IMG/VR virus record: IMGVR_UViG_3300027976_000036
Location: 143-64,142 of that record
Source: a virus
Taxonomy: Duplodnaviria; Caudoviricetes
Reading direction: 5' to 3' (one strand)
Length of the DNA: 64,000 nucleotides
Shown here: in pieces, positions 1 to 9,476 of the stretch
How the letters are laid out: every line of letters starts with the position of its first letter
How positions within the stretch are numbered: position 1 is the stretch's first letter
Program-made: the position numbers and the translations under genes
Notes under the pieces: model-generated
Told to the model about the DNA's origin: nothing
Database searches by the model: none
What the model saw: only the letters and a program-made list of their open reading frames with translations

Positions 1-772
1 TAAAAACCATAGAACCGCCCCTAAACCACACCAAATGGTTAAAAACGGACTAATATCCTCTCAAGAGGATATTGAGGCAAACAGAAATCTTCAACGAAAT
101 TTATTGACAGAGGTATTAGCTACTTTACCATTTTACAATATTAATCTTGTGGATCTTGAAGCTGATGATATTATTTCAAAGTTAGCTCAAAAATTTTCAC
201 ATAATAATGATAAAGCTATCATTATTTCGAACGATAAAGACTTTTATCAACTATTAGATGATAATATTTCTATTTATCGTTCGACAAATAAAACACTATA
301 TACCAAAGAAGATCTTCTAAGAGATGTTGGTATTCACCCTCACAATTTCGTTTTAGCAAGAGCATTAGAGGGTGATAAGAGTGATAATTTACCGGGGCTT
401 AAAGGCGCTGGTTTAGCTACTATTTGCAAGAGATTTCCAGGTATTTTAAAAGAAAAAAAACTTACATTTGAAGAATTATATTCCCAAGCTGTTGTGGATA
501 ATGAATTAGATAAAAGAAAAAAACCATATACTATTTATACGGAATTATTTCAAAATCAGGATTTAGTAAAGAAAAATTATGCGATTATGCAACTATATGA
601 AGTCAATATGTCTTCTGAAGAAAATCAGCAATTAAAAGACATTATTGAATGTAATAGATTATTTAAAGAATCTGAATTTAATAATCTTTGTGATATATTT
701 GCAAACAGGAATATGATGAAAAATTTTAAGATGTTATTGAGTAAATATTCTGAACACTCTGATTATTTTTAA
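1..772 (+). CDS. 5'-3' exonuclease / T4 RNase H-like flap nuclease (5'-truncated by window edge)
   Basis: EADD, ISNDKD and GDKSDN-x-PG motifs. The frame is open back to position 2 (KNHR...), so the start lies upstream of the window. Confidence 0.88.
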   Translation, partial: KNHRTAPKPHQMVKNGLISSQEDIEANRNLQRNLLTEVLATLPFYNINLVDLEADDIISKLAQKFSHNNDKAIIISNDKDFYQLLDDNISIYRSTNKTLYTKEDLLRDVGIHPHNFVLARALEGDKSDNLPGLKGAGLATICKRFPGILKEKKLTFEELYSQAVVDNELDKRKKPYTIYTELFQNQDLVKKNYAIMQLYEVNMSSEENQQLKDIIECNRLFKESEFNNLCDIFANRNMMKNFKMLLSKYSEHSDYF

Positions 773-782
773 GGACAATTTA

Positions 783-2162
783 ATGGAACTTACTAGTAGA
801 AAAAAACAACTTTCAGACTTTGGACCGGAATTCCAAATTAAATTAGCTAAATTGATTGCAATTGATAGACCTTTCTCAAATAGAGTAAAAGACGTTATCA
901 ATATTGAATCATTTGAATTAGACTATCTAAAGATTTTAGTATCCAAGATTTTCGATTATAAAGACGAATACAAATCACACCCTTCGCTTTCTACAATTGA
1001 AAGTATTGTCAACACAAAAATTGTTTATGACAATAAAATCAATGAAAACGCTGTTAAAAATTTCGTTTCAGGATTAAAAAGAAATTCTGAAGTAATTGAT
1101 GAAGAATTTGTAAAGAATGAATCTATGACATTCTTTAAGGTACAAAAAACTAAAGAGGCCATTGGTAAATACCACGATCTATTAGATTCTGGCGAATTAG
1201 ATGCCTTCAAGGCAAAAATTGATGAATGCTTTAAGCTTGGTGTTGATTTAGAATCAGGCTTAATATATAGCGAAGATGTTGAAAAAAGGTATGAAGAGGA
1301 TCAGCGCGAGGGTATATGCACTAGCGGCTGGGATGTCGTAGATGATTATACTGGTGGCGGACCCGTCGCCAAAGGTGAGATAGCTGTATATCTCGCCCCT
1401 ACAGGCACCGGTAAGAGCATGAGAATGGTATATACAGGTGCTGCTAATTTACTTAGAGGTAAAAATGTATTATATATTTCTCTTGAGTTAAAGGATAGCG
1501 TTATCGCTAGACGATTTGACTCTTGTTTGTTTGGTATAAAACTTCAAAATTTGAAGAACAATAAAGACTTAATTAAGAAATATATGCATACAGTACCGGG
1601 CAAATTGTTTATTAAACATTTTCCCATGTATTCAGCAACGGCTCAGACAATTGAAAATCACTATCATAAAATGATAGAACATGGTCATAAAATTGACCTT
1701 ATTATTATTGACTATCTTGATTTACTTGTATCCTCTACAAAACGACAAGATGAATTAGGTTTTCAAGTCTATTCAGAAGTCTGTTCTATGGTTAGTCGTA
1801 ATAATATGGCGACCTTATCAGCTTGCCAAACAAACAGGGCTTCGATTGAGGCTGATGTAGTTACTTTTAATCATATCCAAGATGGATACAAAAGAGTATC
1901 ACCAATTGACTATGCTATGTCATTTTCAACAACGGGTAATGCTCTTATTATTAAGAATCGTAACGGCCCAAGCGATAAAATTTTAAGAGAAGAAAAAGAT
2001 TTATCAACAGTGTCTACTAGAATTATTGATGATTCTATTCAATTTGGATTTGATCTATATGAAAAAGAAGAGACAGCAGCGGAAGCGGAAACAAATCTCC
2101 AAAACTTTATCCTCAAAAAGAGACTTGAGCTTGAACAAAGACTCTCAAGAATTGCCAAATAA
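783..2162 (+). CDS. Replicative SF4 helicase (DnaB/T4 gp41-like)
   Basis: Walker A APTGTGKS, YISLE, Walker B IIIDYLDLL, QTNR, and KNRNG arginine finger. Confidence 0.9.
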   Translation: MELTSRKKQLSDFGPEFQIKLAKLIAIDRPFSNRVKDVINIESFELDYLKILVSKIFDYKDEYKSHPSLSTIESIVNTKIVYDNKINENAVKNFVSGLKRNSEVIDEEFVKNESMTFFKVQKTKEAIGKYHDLLDSGELDAFKAKIDECFKLGVDLESGLIYSEDVEKRYEEDQREGICTSGWDVVDDYTGGGPVAKGEIAVYLAPTGTGKSMRMVYTGAANLLRGKNVLYISLELKDSVIARRFDSCLFGIKLQNLKNNKDLIKKYMHTVPGKLFIKHFPMYSATAQTIENHYHKMIEHGHKIDLIIIDYLDLLVSSTKRQDELGFQVYSEVCSMVSRNNMATLSACQTNRASIEADVVTFNHIQDGYKRVSPIDYAMSFSTTGNALIIKNRNGPSDKILREEKDLSTVSTRIIDDSIQFGFDLYEKEETAAEAETNLQNFILKKRLELEQRLSRIAK

Positions 2163-2358
2163 TGAAAACTGCGAAATATTAGAATGCGAATATTTTTATC
2201 CATCCAAGATGAGTTGGTACTCTCACGAAAAAGATTCTGAATTAAGAATCTGGATGAGTGGTAAAACAAAAGGTGGAATAAAACTAGGCATTTGGAATAC
2301 CTACAGTGTCGATGGCAAAATTATTAGTACCGTAAACCACGATATTAGACCTAATTAA
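2152..2358 (+). CDS. Small hypothetical protein with MORN-variant/YwqK-like repeat
   Basis: G-x-W-x-x-Y-x-x-DG pattern. A TTG start overlapping the helicase stop is assumed. Confidence 0.4.
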   Translation: MPNNENCEILECEYFYPSKMSWYSHEKDSELRIWMSGKTKGGIKLGIWNTYSVDGKIISTVNHDIRPN

Positions 2359-2515
2359 AAACCCACCCAAAACAGTGAACAAATGAAGATTAAGAAAATT
2401 TTAAATTATATTGATAAAAAATCATATAAAATTAGCACAAAAATTGTCAAAACTTTAAAAAAGTTGATAAAGAATATAGATAGAAACTTTATATAATAAG
2501 GAAATTATAAATTAG

Positions 2516-5020
2516 ATGCCAAACAATAACAATTCACCATATGCATATGAATATGCATTAGAAAAATCTGTAAATTATTTTAATGGAGATAATTTAGCAG
2601 CAGAAACATTTATTCATAAGTACGCTCTCAGAGATCGTGATGGTGAATTATTAGAGTGTATTCCTACGGATATGCACAAACGCATTGCCAAAGAATTCGC
2701 TAGAATTGAGCAAAAATACGAAAACCCCCTGTCCGAAAAAGAAATTTTTGATTACTTGGATAGTTGGATGATTGTTCCTCAAGGCTCTCCAATGTCTTCA
2801 ATTGGTAATGTTTGTCGGACACAATCATTATCAAATTGTTTTGTAATTGCACCACCTTATGATTCTTATGGCGGTATTTTTAAAACAGATCAGGAAATGG
2901 CGCAATTAATGAAGCGTCGTGGTGGTGTTGGTACTGATTGTTCTACTATTCGCCCAAAAGGAATGAGAACAAATAATTCTGCTGGCACCACCGATGGTAT
3001 TGCAGTATTTTGCGAAAGATTTTCTAATACGTGCAGAGAAGTTGCCCAAAACGGTCGTCGTGGCGCTCTAATGATTTCATGTGATGTAGAACATCCCGAA
3101 ATTGAGACCTTTATTTCCATGAAAAAGGATTTAAAGAAAGTTACAGGAGCAAATGTTTCTATTAAAGTATCAGATGCCTTTATGGAAGCAGTTGAAAAAA
3201 ATGAAGATTTTGTGTTGCGCTGGCCGACTGATGTTGTACCCAACTTAGCCAAGTTTACCAAAACCGTTAATGCCAAAGAAATTTGGGACTCTATTGTAAT
3301 GGCAGCTTGGCAATCAGCAGAGCCCGGTGTATTATTTTGGGATACATATTTACGAGATACGCCCTCTGATTGTTATGTTGATTTTGGGTTTAAGACAATC
3401 ACGACAAACCCATGCGGCGAACTCGGTATGTGCGCAGATGATAGTTGCAGATTATTATTGGTTAACTTGATTAAGTTTATCAGAAATGCATTTACCAAAG
3501 ATGCTTATTTTGACGAGGTTGAGTACAGAAAAGTCTGCATGGTTGCCCAAAGACTGATGGATGATCTTGTTGATTTAGAAATCGAAGCATGTGAAAAAAT
3601 TATTGCCAAAATTAATGCAGATCCTGAACCACAAGAAGTTAAAGCCATTGAAATAGATCTTTGGAAAAGAATTACACTTAAGGCTGTAAATGGTCGCAGA
3701 ACTGGTACAGGTATTACAGCATTAGGTGATGCGATAGCTTTTATGGGATATCGATATGGCTCTACGGAATCAATTGAATTTACAGAAAAAGTCTATTCGT
3801 GTTTAACTACATCGTGTTATAAAGCTTCTATAGATTTAGCCAAAGAAAGAAATCCGTTCCCGATATTCGATTTTTCCTTAGAAAAGGATCACACATATCT
3901 CAATCGCGTCATACAGGCTGCTGATGCTCACTACGGGGATAGCACACTGGCGGACTGGCGGGACTATGGCCGACGTAACATCGCGCTCACAACCACAGCC
4001 CCAGCGGGGTCTGTGAGCATTTTGACACAGACGTCTTCCGGGTTCGAGCCGGTCTTTATGATGTCGTATAAAAGACGCAAGCGTATTGCCGTGACTGATT
4101 CGACTATTCCCGATTTTGTTGATGATATGGGTGATAAGTGGAGTGAATTTACCGTAAGACACCATGGATTAACTAAATGGATGGAAGTTACTGGATTGAC
4201 TGATGAATCCTTGTCACCATATGCTAATTCATGTGCAAATGATATTGATTGGTCTGCTAAAATTGATATGCAAGCAGTAGCTCAAAAATGGATTTGTCAC
4301 TCTATTAGTAATACCTTAAACCTACCAAAAGACGTTTCAGTTGAAACGGTTGACGATGCTTATTTTAAGGCGTGGAAAACTGGTTGTAAAGGTATTACAG
4401 TATATAGAGATGGTTCTAGAGCTGGTGTTTTGATTAGCACCGAACCAAAAGCAACGATTAATAATATTAGTCTTACAAATGCACCTAAGAGACCAAGAGA
4501 AATGGAATGTGATATTCACAGAGCTTCTGTGGGTGGAGAACCATATCTAATTCTCGTGGGCTTAATGAATGGCTTGCCGTATGAAATTTTTGCGGGTTTA
4601 TCAGAAATGGTAGAAGTACCCAAAAAGATTAAATCAGGATTTCTTGTTAAAGACGGTAAGAAAGATGGTGTAGCAATATATAATCTAAGAATTCCAATCA
4701 ATGATGATGATGAAATTGTCTACAAGAATGTTGTAGAATTATTTGCAAATCCAAATTATTCAGCATTTGGTAGAACTATCTCACTGGCATTGAGACACGG
4801 AGCACCTGTTAATTATCTTGTAGAGCAATTGAGAAAAGACAAATATTCAGATTTGACATCCTTTTCAAGAGTTGTCGCAAGAGTATTAAGTAAATCATAT
4901 ATTGCAAATGGCACAAAATCTCTGGTTGAGAAAAAATGTGACGAATGCGGTGGTATTAACATTGCGTATCAAGATGGCTGTATCACTTGTATGGACTGCG
5001 GCTCTAGCAAGTGTGGATAA
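2516..5020 (+). CDS. nrdJ: Adenosylcobalamin-dependent (class II) ribonucleotide reductase
   Basis: SNCF, RRGA, TNPCGE, TAPAGS, KGITVYRDGSR, and a C-terminal CxxC...CxxC zinc ribbon. No adjacent beta subunit gene. Confidence 0.92.
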   Translation: MPNNNNSPYAYEYALEKSVNYFNGDNLAAETFIHKYALRDRDGELLECIPTDMHKRIAKEFARIEQKYENPLSEKEIFDYLDSWMIVPQGSPMSSIGNVCRTQSLSNCFVIAPPYDSYGGIFKTDQEMAQLMKRRGGVGTDCSTIRPKGMRTNNSAGTTDGIAVFCERFSNTCREVAQNGRRGALMISCDVEHPEIETFISMKKDLKKVTGANVSIKVSDAFMEAVEKNEDFVLRWPTDVVPNLAKFTKTVNAKEIWDSIVMAAWQSAEPGVLFWDTYLRDTPSDCYVDFGFKTITTNPCGELGMCADDSCRLLLVNLIKFIRNAFTKDAYFDEVEYRKVCMVAQRLMDDLVDLEIEACEKIIAKINADPEPQEVKAIEIDLWKRITLKAVNGRRTGTGITALGDAIAFMGYRYGSTESIEFTEKVYSCLTTSCYKASIDLAKERNPFPIFDFSLEKDHTYLNRVIQAADAHYGDSTLADWRDYGRRNIALTTTAPAGSVSILTQTSSGFEPVFMMSYKRRKRIAVTDSTIPDFVDDMGDKWSEFTVRHHGLTKWMEVTGLTDESLSPYANSCANDIDWSAKIDMQAVAQKWICHSISNTLNLPKDVSVETVDDAYFKAWKTGCKGITVYRDGSRAGVLISTEPKATINNISLTNAPKRPREMECDIHRASVGGEPYLILVGLMNGLPYEIFAGLSEMVEVPKKIKSGFLVKDGKKDGVAIYNLRIPINDDDEIVYKNVVELFANPNYSAFGRTISLALRHGAPVNYLVEQLRKDKYSDLTSFSRVVARVLSKSYIANGTKSLVEKKCDECGGINIAYQDGCITCMDCGSSKCG

Positions 5021-5041
5021 TGACTTGATCAATCATGGTTG

Positions 5042-5052
5042 GTGTGTATAGT
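5042..5052 (+). promoter_or_regulatory. Putative promoter motif GTGnnTATAST
   Basis: GTGTGTATAGT, intergenic. One of 6 copies found upstream of gene starts. Confidence 0.55.
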
Positions 5053-5074
5053 CATAAACGAAAAAAGGATAGGT

Positions 5075-5239
5075 ATGTTTACATTAAAAAATAACAAAGG
5101 TGTAGTTTTAAAAACTTCTCCAGACTTAGAAAAAATTCAACAATATGCTAAAAACTATTTAAAAGAAAATAAAGAAAATCTTATTGTTTATAACGATGAT
5201 GGCGAAAAGATTTCTGAATTTAAAATTCTTAATGGATAA
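5075..5239 (+). CDS. Small hypothetical protein
   Basis: ATG preceded by AGGATAGGT. Fills the gap between nrdJ and purA. Confidence 0.6.
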   Translation: MFTLKNNKGVVLKTSPDLEKIQQYAKNYLKENKENLIVYNDDGEKISEFKILNG

Positions 5240-5255
5240 TTTATAAAGGATTATA

Positions 5256-6347
5256 ATGATTAAATTTGTAGATGTTGTTGTTGATTTAGCTTATGGCGAT
5301 TGTGGCAAGGGTGCAATTACTGCTCAAATTTTAGGAGAAGAGCGTTATAATGTAGTAATGCGAGTAAGCGGCGGCTCAAACGCTGGGCATACCATTTATC
5401 ATGAAGGTAAACAAATTATAACACATTTAGTCCCTTGTGGTTTTCTGTATAATACAATGTCAATTATCGGAAATGGCTGTGTTTTAAATGTAGATAAATT
5501 TTTGGCCGAAGTTGCCTATATTAAAACTCTTGGTTATAATACAGATTGTATTAAAATTGCAGGTAATTGCCATATCGTTACAAATTCTCATATTGAAGAA
5601 GAAAACAAAGAAAGCAGGATTGGCACGACTAAGCAAGGTATTGGTCCGTGTTATCGCGATAAATACGATAGAAAAGGTATCTTAGCTAAAGATATTCCTG
5701 AGTTAAAAGAATATATTATTGATTTATATGAATTTTTATACGATTCTTCTTCTTCTCATTCAATTCTTGTAGAAGGTGCTCAAGGCCACTTTTTAGATGT
5801 TGATTATGGCGATTATCCATATGTCACATCTAGCCATCCGGGGATTTCTTCCGTGTTGGCAAATTATATTTCGTATGATAAAATTCGTAATGTTTATGGC
5901 GTGATCAAACCATATGAAACTTACGTCGGAGCAAAAGAATTTCAGCCTAAAAACTCAAATCATGAAAAATATTTTTCAAACATTGTTAAATTTGGTTCTG
6001 AGTTTGGTGCAACCACAGGACGTCAACGCCAAATTAATTTTTTAAATTACCCTAAACTAATTGAAGCCCTTTGTGTTACAGGTAAACTTAAGAAATTGTT
6101 TATCAGTAAGATGGATGTCATGGTTCAAAGTAACTTTAGGGATGTCGAAGATAATAGCTATCGTGAAATTTTTGAAGTTACCAATTATTGTGGTAGTATT
6201 TTTCAGGTTTTCAATTATCGTGGGGAGTTGTATGACTTGAAAACACATGAAAACTTCATTGATTATATGAAAAAAACTTTAGCTGATTATACAGAATCAA
6301 TTCAATTTCGGTATCACCCGAATCAACCAGTAGATATAAAGGAATAA
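5256..6347 (+). CDS. purA: Adenylosuccinate synthetase
   Basis: GDCGKG (catalytic Asp kept), GGSNAGHT, IGTTKQGIGP, EGAQG, GATTGR-x-R, and KMD motifs. Confidence 0.9.
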   Translation: MIKFVDVVVDLAYGDCGKGAITAQILGEERYNVVMRVSGGSNAGHTIYHEGKQIITHLVPCGFLYNTMSIIGNGCVLNVDKFLAEVAYIKTLGYNTDCIKIAGNCHIVTNSHIEEENKESRIGTTKQGIGPCYRDKYDRKGILAKDIPELKEYIIDLYEFLYDSSSSHSILVEGAQGHFLDVDYGDYPYVTSSHPGISSVLANYISYDKIRNVYGVIKPYETYVGAKEFQPKNSNHEKYFSNIVKFGSEFGATTGRQRQINFLNYPKLIEALCVTGKLKKLFISKMDVMVQSNFRDVEDNSYREIFEVTNYCGSIFQVFNYRGELYDLKTHENFIDYMKKTLADYTESIQFRYHPNQPVDIKE

Positions 6348-6348
6348 T

Positions 6349-6690
6349 ATGTCAGATAAGATTAATCATCCATCGCATTATAATCAAGGAAAAATTGAAG
6401 TGTATGATTTTATTACAGATCAGAAGCTAGATTTTTCTCTTGGTAACGTGGTAAAATATGTTTGTAGAGCGAAACATAAAAAAGGTCTCGAAGACTTAAA
6501 AAAAGCTCAGTGGTATCTTAACAAATTTATTAAAGAATTTGAGGCTGAAGAAGAAGCTTTGCTTAAATCTTCAAACGTGACTGCATCATCTATCTGTGAT
6601 CCACAGGGAGATACCGTCGCCCTGTGGACCGACAATGAACAACGGCAACGAACCGCATTAGCCAAAACTTATGCGAAAAACGGTATTTAA
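6349..6690 (+). CDS. DUF3310 / SaV-like protein
   Basis: INHPSHY...GNVVKYVCRA...EDLKKAQWYL signature. Confidence 0.85.
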   Translation: MSDKINHPSHYNQGKIEVYDFITDQKLDFSLGNVVKYVCRAKHKKGLEDLKKAQWYLNKFIKEFEAEEEALLKSSNVTASSICDPQGDTVALWTDNEQRQRTALAKTYAKNGI

Positions 6691-6708
6691 CAAAATAAGG
6701 AAATTTAA

Positions 6709-7448
6709 ATGTTCGATTATATTAAAAAAATGACGCTAATTTTAGCGTGTCTAATTCTATTTGAAAATACGGCAAAATCACAAGAGTTTCCGTTGGAATG
6801 TTCGATTTCCGATTATGAAGTTGGCTTTCCCTCTAACGAGCCTGCCAATTTATATGAACGTTTTTTTATCTATTCTTCTTTAGAAGAATGTAAACACGGG
6901 GTTCCTGATAATTTTAATTTTATTTTAGCTTTAGATTTATTGCGCCAAGACAAAAATATGTCTCTACATAGTTCACTAATTGGAATTTCCTTAGCAACTT
7001 GGTGTATTGAAGGTGGTTTACGAACAAAAAATAAAAATGGTGGGCCTATTATGGGTGATTATAGAGAAGGTAGGGTTATCTTTCTCACGGCCCCATGCAA
7101 TTAATGGAAAACCGTTGGAAGTTATGTGACGGTAACCCTATTATTGTTCAAAATGTAAAGTGGGCTGCTCGTTGTTGGCATCGAGAATATAAAAGAGTCA
7201 ATAAAAAGTATGAGAATAAATTTCTTTTTTGTTCTGAGACAGATAGAATGATGGTGATTGAGGCATTAACCTCAAATCATCCACGTTATAAGATGAAGTG
7301 TTCTAAGGATTCTAATAATTGTACTCGCAATTATTGCAAAACAAGGTCTAAACATACTTTGCTTTTAGAAAAAATACACACAAGATCTCAAATTAATATG
7401 GATAAATACCGGGAGAATGATGAAAAATATATTGTATCAAGTAAATAA
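6709..7448 (+). pseudogene. Secreted lytic transglycosylase-like gene split by a 1-nt frameshift (ORFs 6709-7104 and 7095-7448)
   Basis: ORF1 has a signal peptide and IEGG (candidate catalytic Glu). The other frame, open from 7074, reads GYLSHGPMQL (GxMQ motif). Confidence 0.5.
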
Positions 7449-7737
7449 TTTTCTTCTTATTGAAAGATTAGATTCTAATGCTATTAAATTGCCACCTCAA
7501 TTCGCTTCTTCAAAAGAGAATCTAGAAAAAATTGGAGTTTATAAAGCTAGTAGAAGTAATATTTTTCAACTTAATTTATTGAACCGAGAATTAACTGATG
7601 CGGAAGGTGAGTTTTTGGTATATGTTGATAACTTCTCTGTGTTGACGGTTGAAAAATTTAATACCGAGAGAATGTTTGTACCAAAGTCATCAATTATTTT
7701 AGTTGAATTTGTTCCTAAATACCAAGATGAAGATTAA
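7417..7737 (+). CDS. Hypothetical protein
   Basis: ORF overlapping both neighbours in an operon-like layout. Confidence 0.6.
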   Translation: MMKNILYQVNNFLLIERLDSNAIKLPPQFASSKENLEKIGVYKASRSNIFQLNLLNRELTDAEGEFLVYVDNFSVLTVEKFNTERMFVPKSSIILVEFVPKYQDED

Positions 7738-8605
7738 AAACCTCGTCTTGGGAAGCAACTTGGAATCTCTGTTATATGCATTTTTAACAGATTCCAAGTT
7801 GCTTTTTTATGGAAATAATTATCCTTTTCCGTGGTCAATTATTGAGGATGATTTTTCTTGGTATTTATATCCATTTAGAAAAAAAATATCAAGAATTAGT
7901 TCCAAGTTTTATGATAGTAGCAGATCAGATATTTCCACAGAGTCTACTCTATATAGAGAATTGAGATATCATCTCAATTCAAATGGTAAACTACTAGATT
8001 TTCATTGTGATAAATTTAAGTTTACTTCACAAAATACATTACTGGCTTATACAAATAACAATGCTAACCCGGTTAAGATTGAATTTGATATTTTGACCTT
8101 CATAAATTTTAACTCTGTTGAAGATGAGTTACAGTTCTTATTTGAAAAAGCTGAATTAAGTAATATATACAATATATATGATATATTTGAATATAAACAT
8201 GTAGATTCTCACGTCTGTAGTGCAAACGACTATTTTAAAATATTTAAAACAGGTATTGAATTTCCATCTGAGTTAAGTTATTATCACTTCAACAAGGGTT
8301 TTTTCTTAATGTGTAAATCAGAAGTCACAGCAGAAGATATTAAAAAATCCACAATTCCAGATATAAATGAAATATATACTAGGAAGATTCTCTTTGATAA
8401 CCCAAAGACGTTCTTACAGAAAAACATGCCGAGATCATTTAGGGCAATCAAAGAATTTAAACATAGACACATTTTGGACAATCATAATATAACATATAAT
8501 TCAATAGAGTCAATAGAGTTTTTAGAGCTTAACAAAAAAGAACTTTTAGAAGATTTAAAACTTACATTAAAAGAGAGATCTAAAGTATTGTGTCATGTCT
8601 GGTAA
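7727..8605 (+). CDS. Hypothetical protein
   Basis: Long ORF. N-terminal LVLGSNLESLL resembles a degenerate Rossmann beta-alpha start. Confidence 0.65.
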   Translation: MKIKNLVLGSNLESLLYAFLTDSKLLFYGNNYPFPWSIIEDDFSWYLYPFRKKISRISSKFYDSSRSDISTESTLYRELRYHLNSNGKLLDFHCDKFKFTSQNTLLAYTNNNANPVKIEFDILTFINFNSVEDELQFLFEKAELSNIYNIYDIFEYKHVDSHVCSANDYFKIFKTGIEFPSELSYYHFNKGFFLMCKSEVTAEDIKKSTIPDINEIYTRKILFDNPKTFLQKNMPRSFRAIKEFKHRHILDNHNITYNSIESIEFLELNKKELLEDLKLTLKERSKVLCHVW

Positions 8606-9422
8606 ATTATTAAAGTTTAGAAAATTAGTCGTTGGTTGTGTTTCAACCATTTCACACAATACAGACATGCGCTATATGCCTGCTAATTGTATGGTACCTG
8701 TATCTTCTAATATCAGCGCAATAAAAAAATGTTTACTAGATTTAACACACATGGGCTCAGATTATATAATAGTTGTTACATATCCTCATTTAAAAAAATT
8801 CTTTCAATTTCATTTAGGCAATTATATACATTCTAGAAAATCCAATTCTAATAAACTTAAACTTATGAAAATCCCTGTGTTGTATGTATCACCGTCTTAT
8901 GAAGATTTAATGATGGGAATTGGGGCTACTGAAGCGTGTCTTAAAAGTTGTGAATATTTTAGACAATCATTTAAGCAAATTCTTAGTAATCAATTATCTA
9001 TAAAGTTTATTATACATTATTGGGATTGTATGGCTAAAATTTGCAAAAATACACTTTGGGAAAAATATATAATTCCAAACATGAATAAAGCTATTAGAAG
9101 ATATCACGTAAATTTTAAAAAAAATATTCAATTTACATTTGAAGGAAAAGGGTTTTTAGATGGCTACAATTATCCATTTATAATAAATACAGAAATATTG
9201 ACAAAGTCTTTGGAAAGTATTAATTCTAAAAAAGAAATTGTAAAAATTAAAAACAAATTTGGAAAAATAAAAAGCGAAATTTATAATACAAAATTTCTAA
9301 CAAATAAAAAAATATTTGATTTTTTAAAGAAAGAAAACATTTTTCATATTGAAATGAATAATTGTTATATGATTAATACTAATAGAAAATATAAAAAATT
9401 TATACAACAGGAATTCGTATGA
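8595..9422 (+). CDS. Hypothetical protein, possibly degenerate sugar-nucleotidyltransferase fold
   Basis: MPxxMVPV...AIKKCL...G-x-DYIIVV resembles an NTP_transferase N-terminus. Weak match. Confidence 0.45.
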   Translation: MSGKLLKFRKLVVGCVSTISHNTDMRYMPANCMVPVSSNISAIKKCLLDLTHMGSDYIIVVTYPHLKKFFQFHLGNYIHSRKSNSNKLKLMKIPVLYVSPSYEDLMMGIGATEACLKSCEYFRQSFKQILSNQLSIKFIIHYWDCMAKICKNTLWEKYIIPNMNKAIRRYHVNFKKNIQFTFEGKGFLDGYNYPFIINTEILTKSLESINSKKEIVKIKNKFGKIKSEIYNTKFLTNKKIFDFLKKENIFHIEMNNCYMINTNRKYKKFIQQEFV

Positions 9423-9476
9423 AAACACAAGATATAAACTTAAGAGACTATAAGTTTTTTAATAAAGAAGTATATT

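Noticed and set aside
5256-6347. PurZ / 2-aminoadenine (Z) genome pathway
   Set aside because: The catalytic Asp is retained (GDCGKG rather than the GS-x-GKG of PurZ) and the GATTGR loop keeps the PurA Arg. No datZ- or mazZ-like gene is recognisable in the window.
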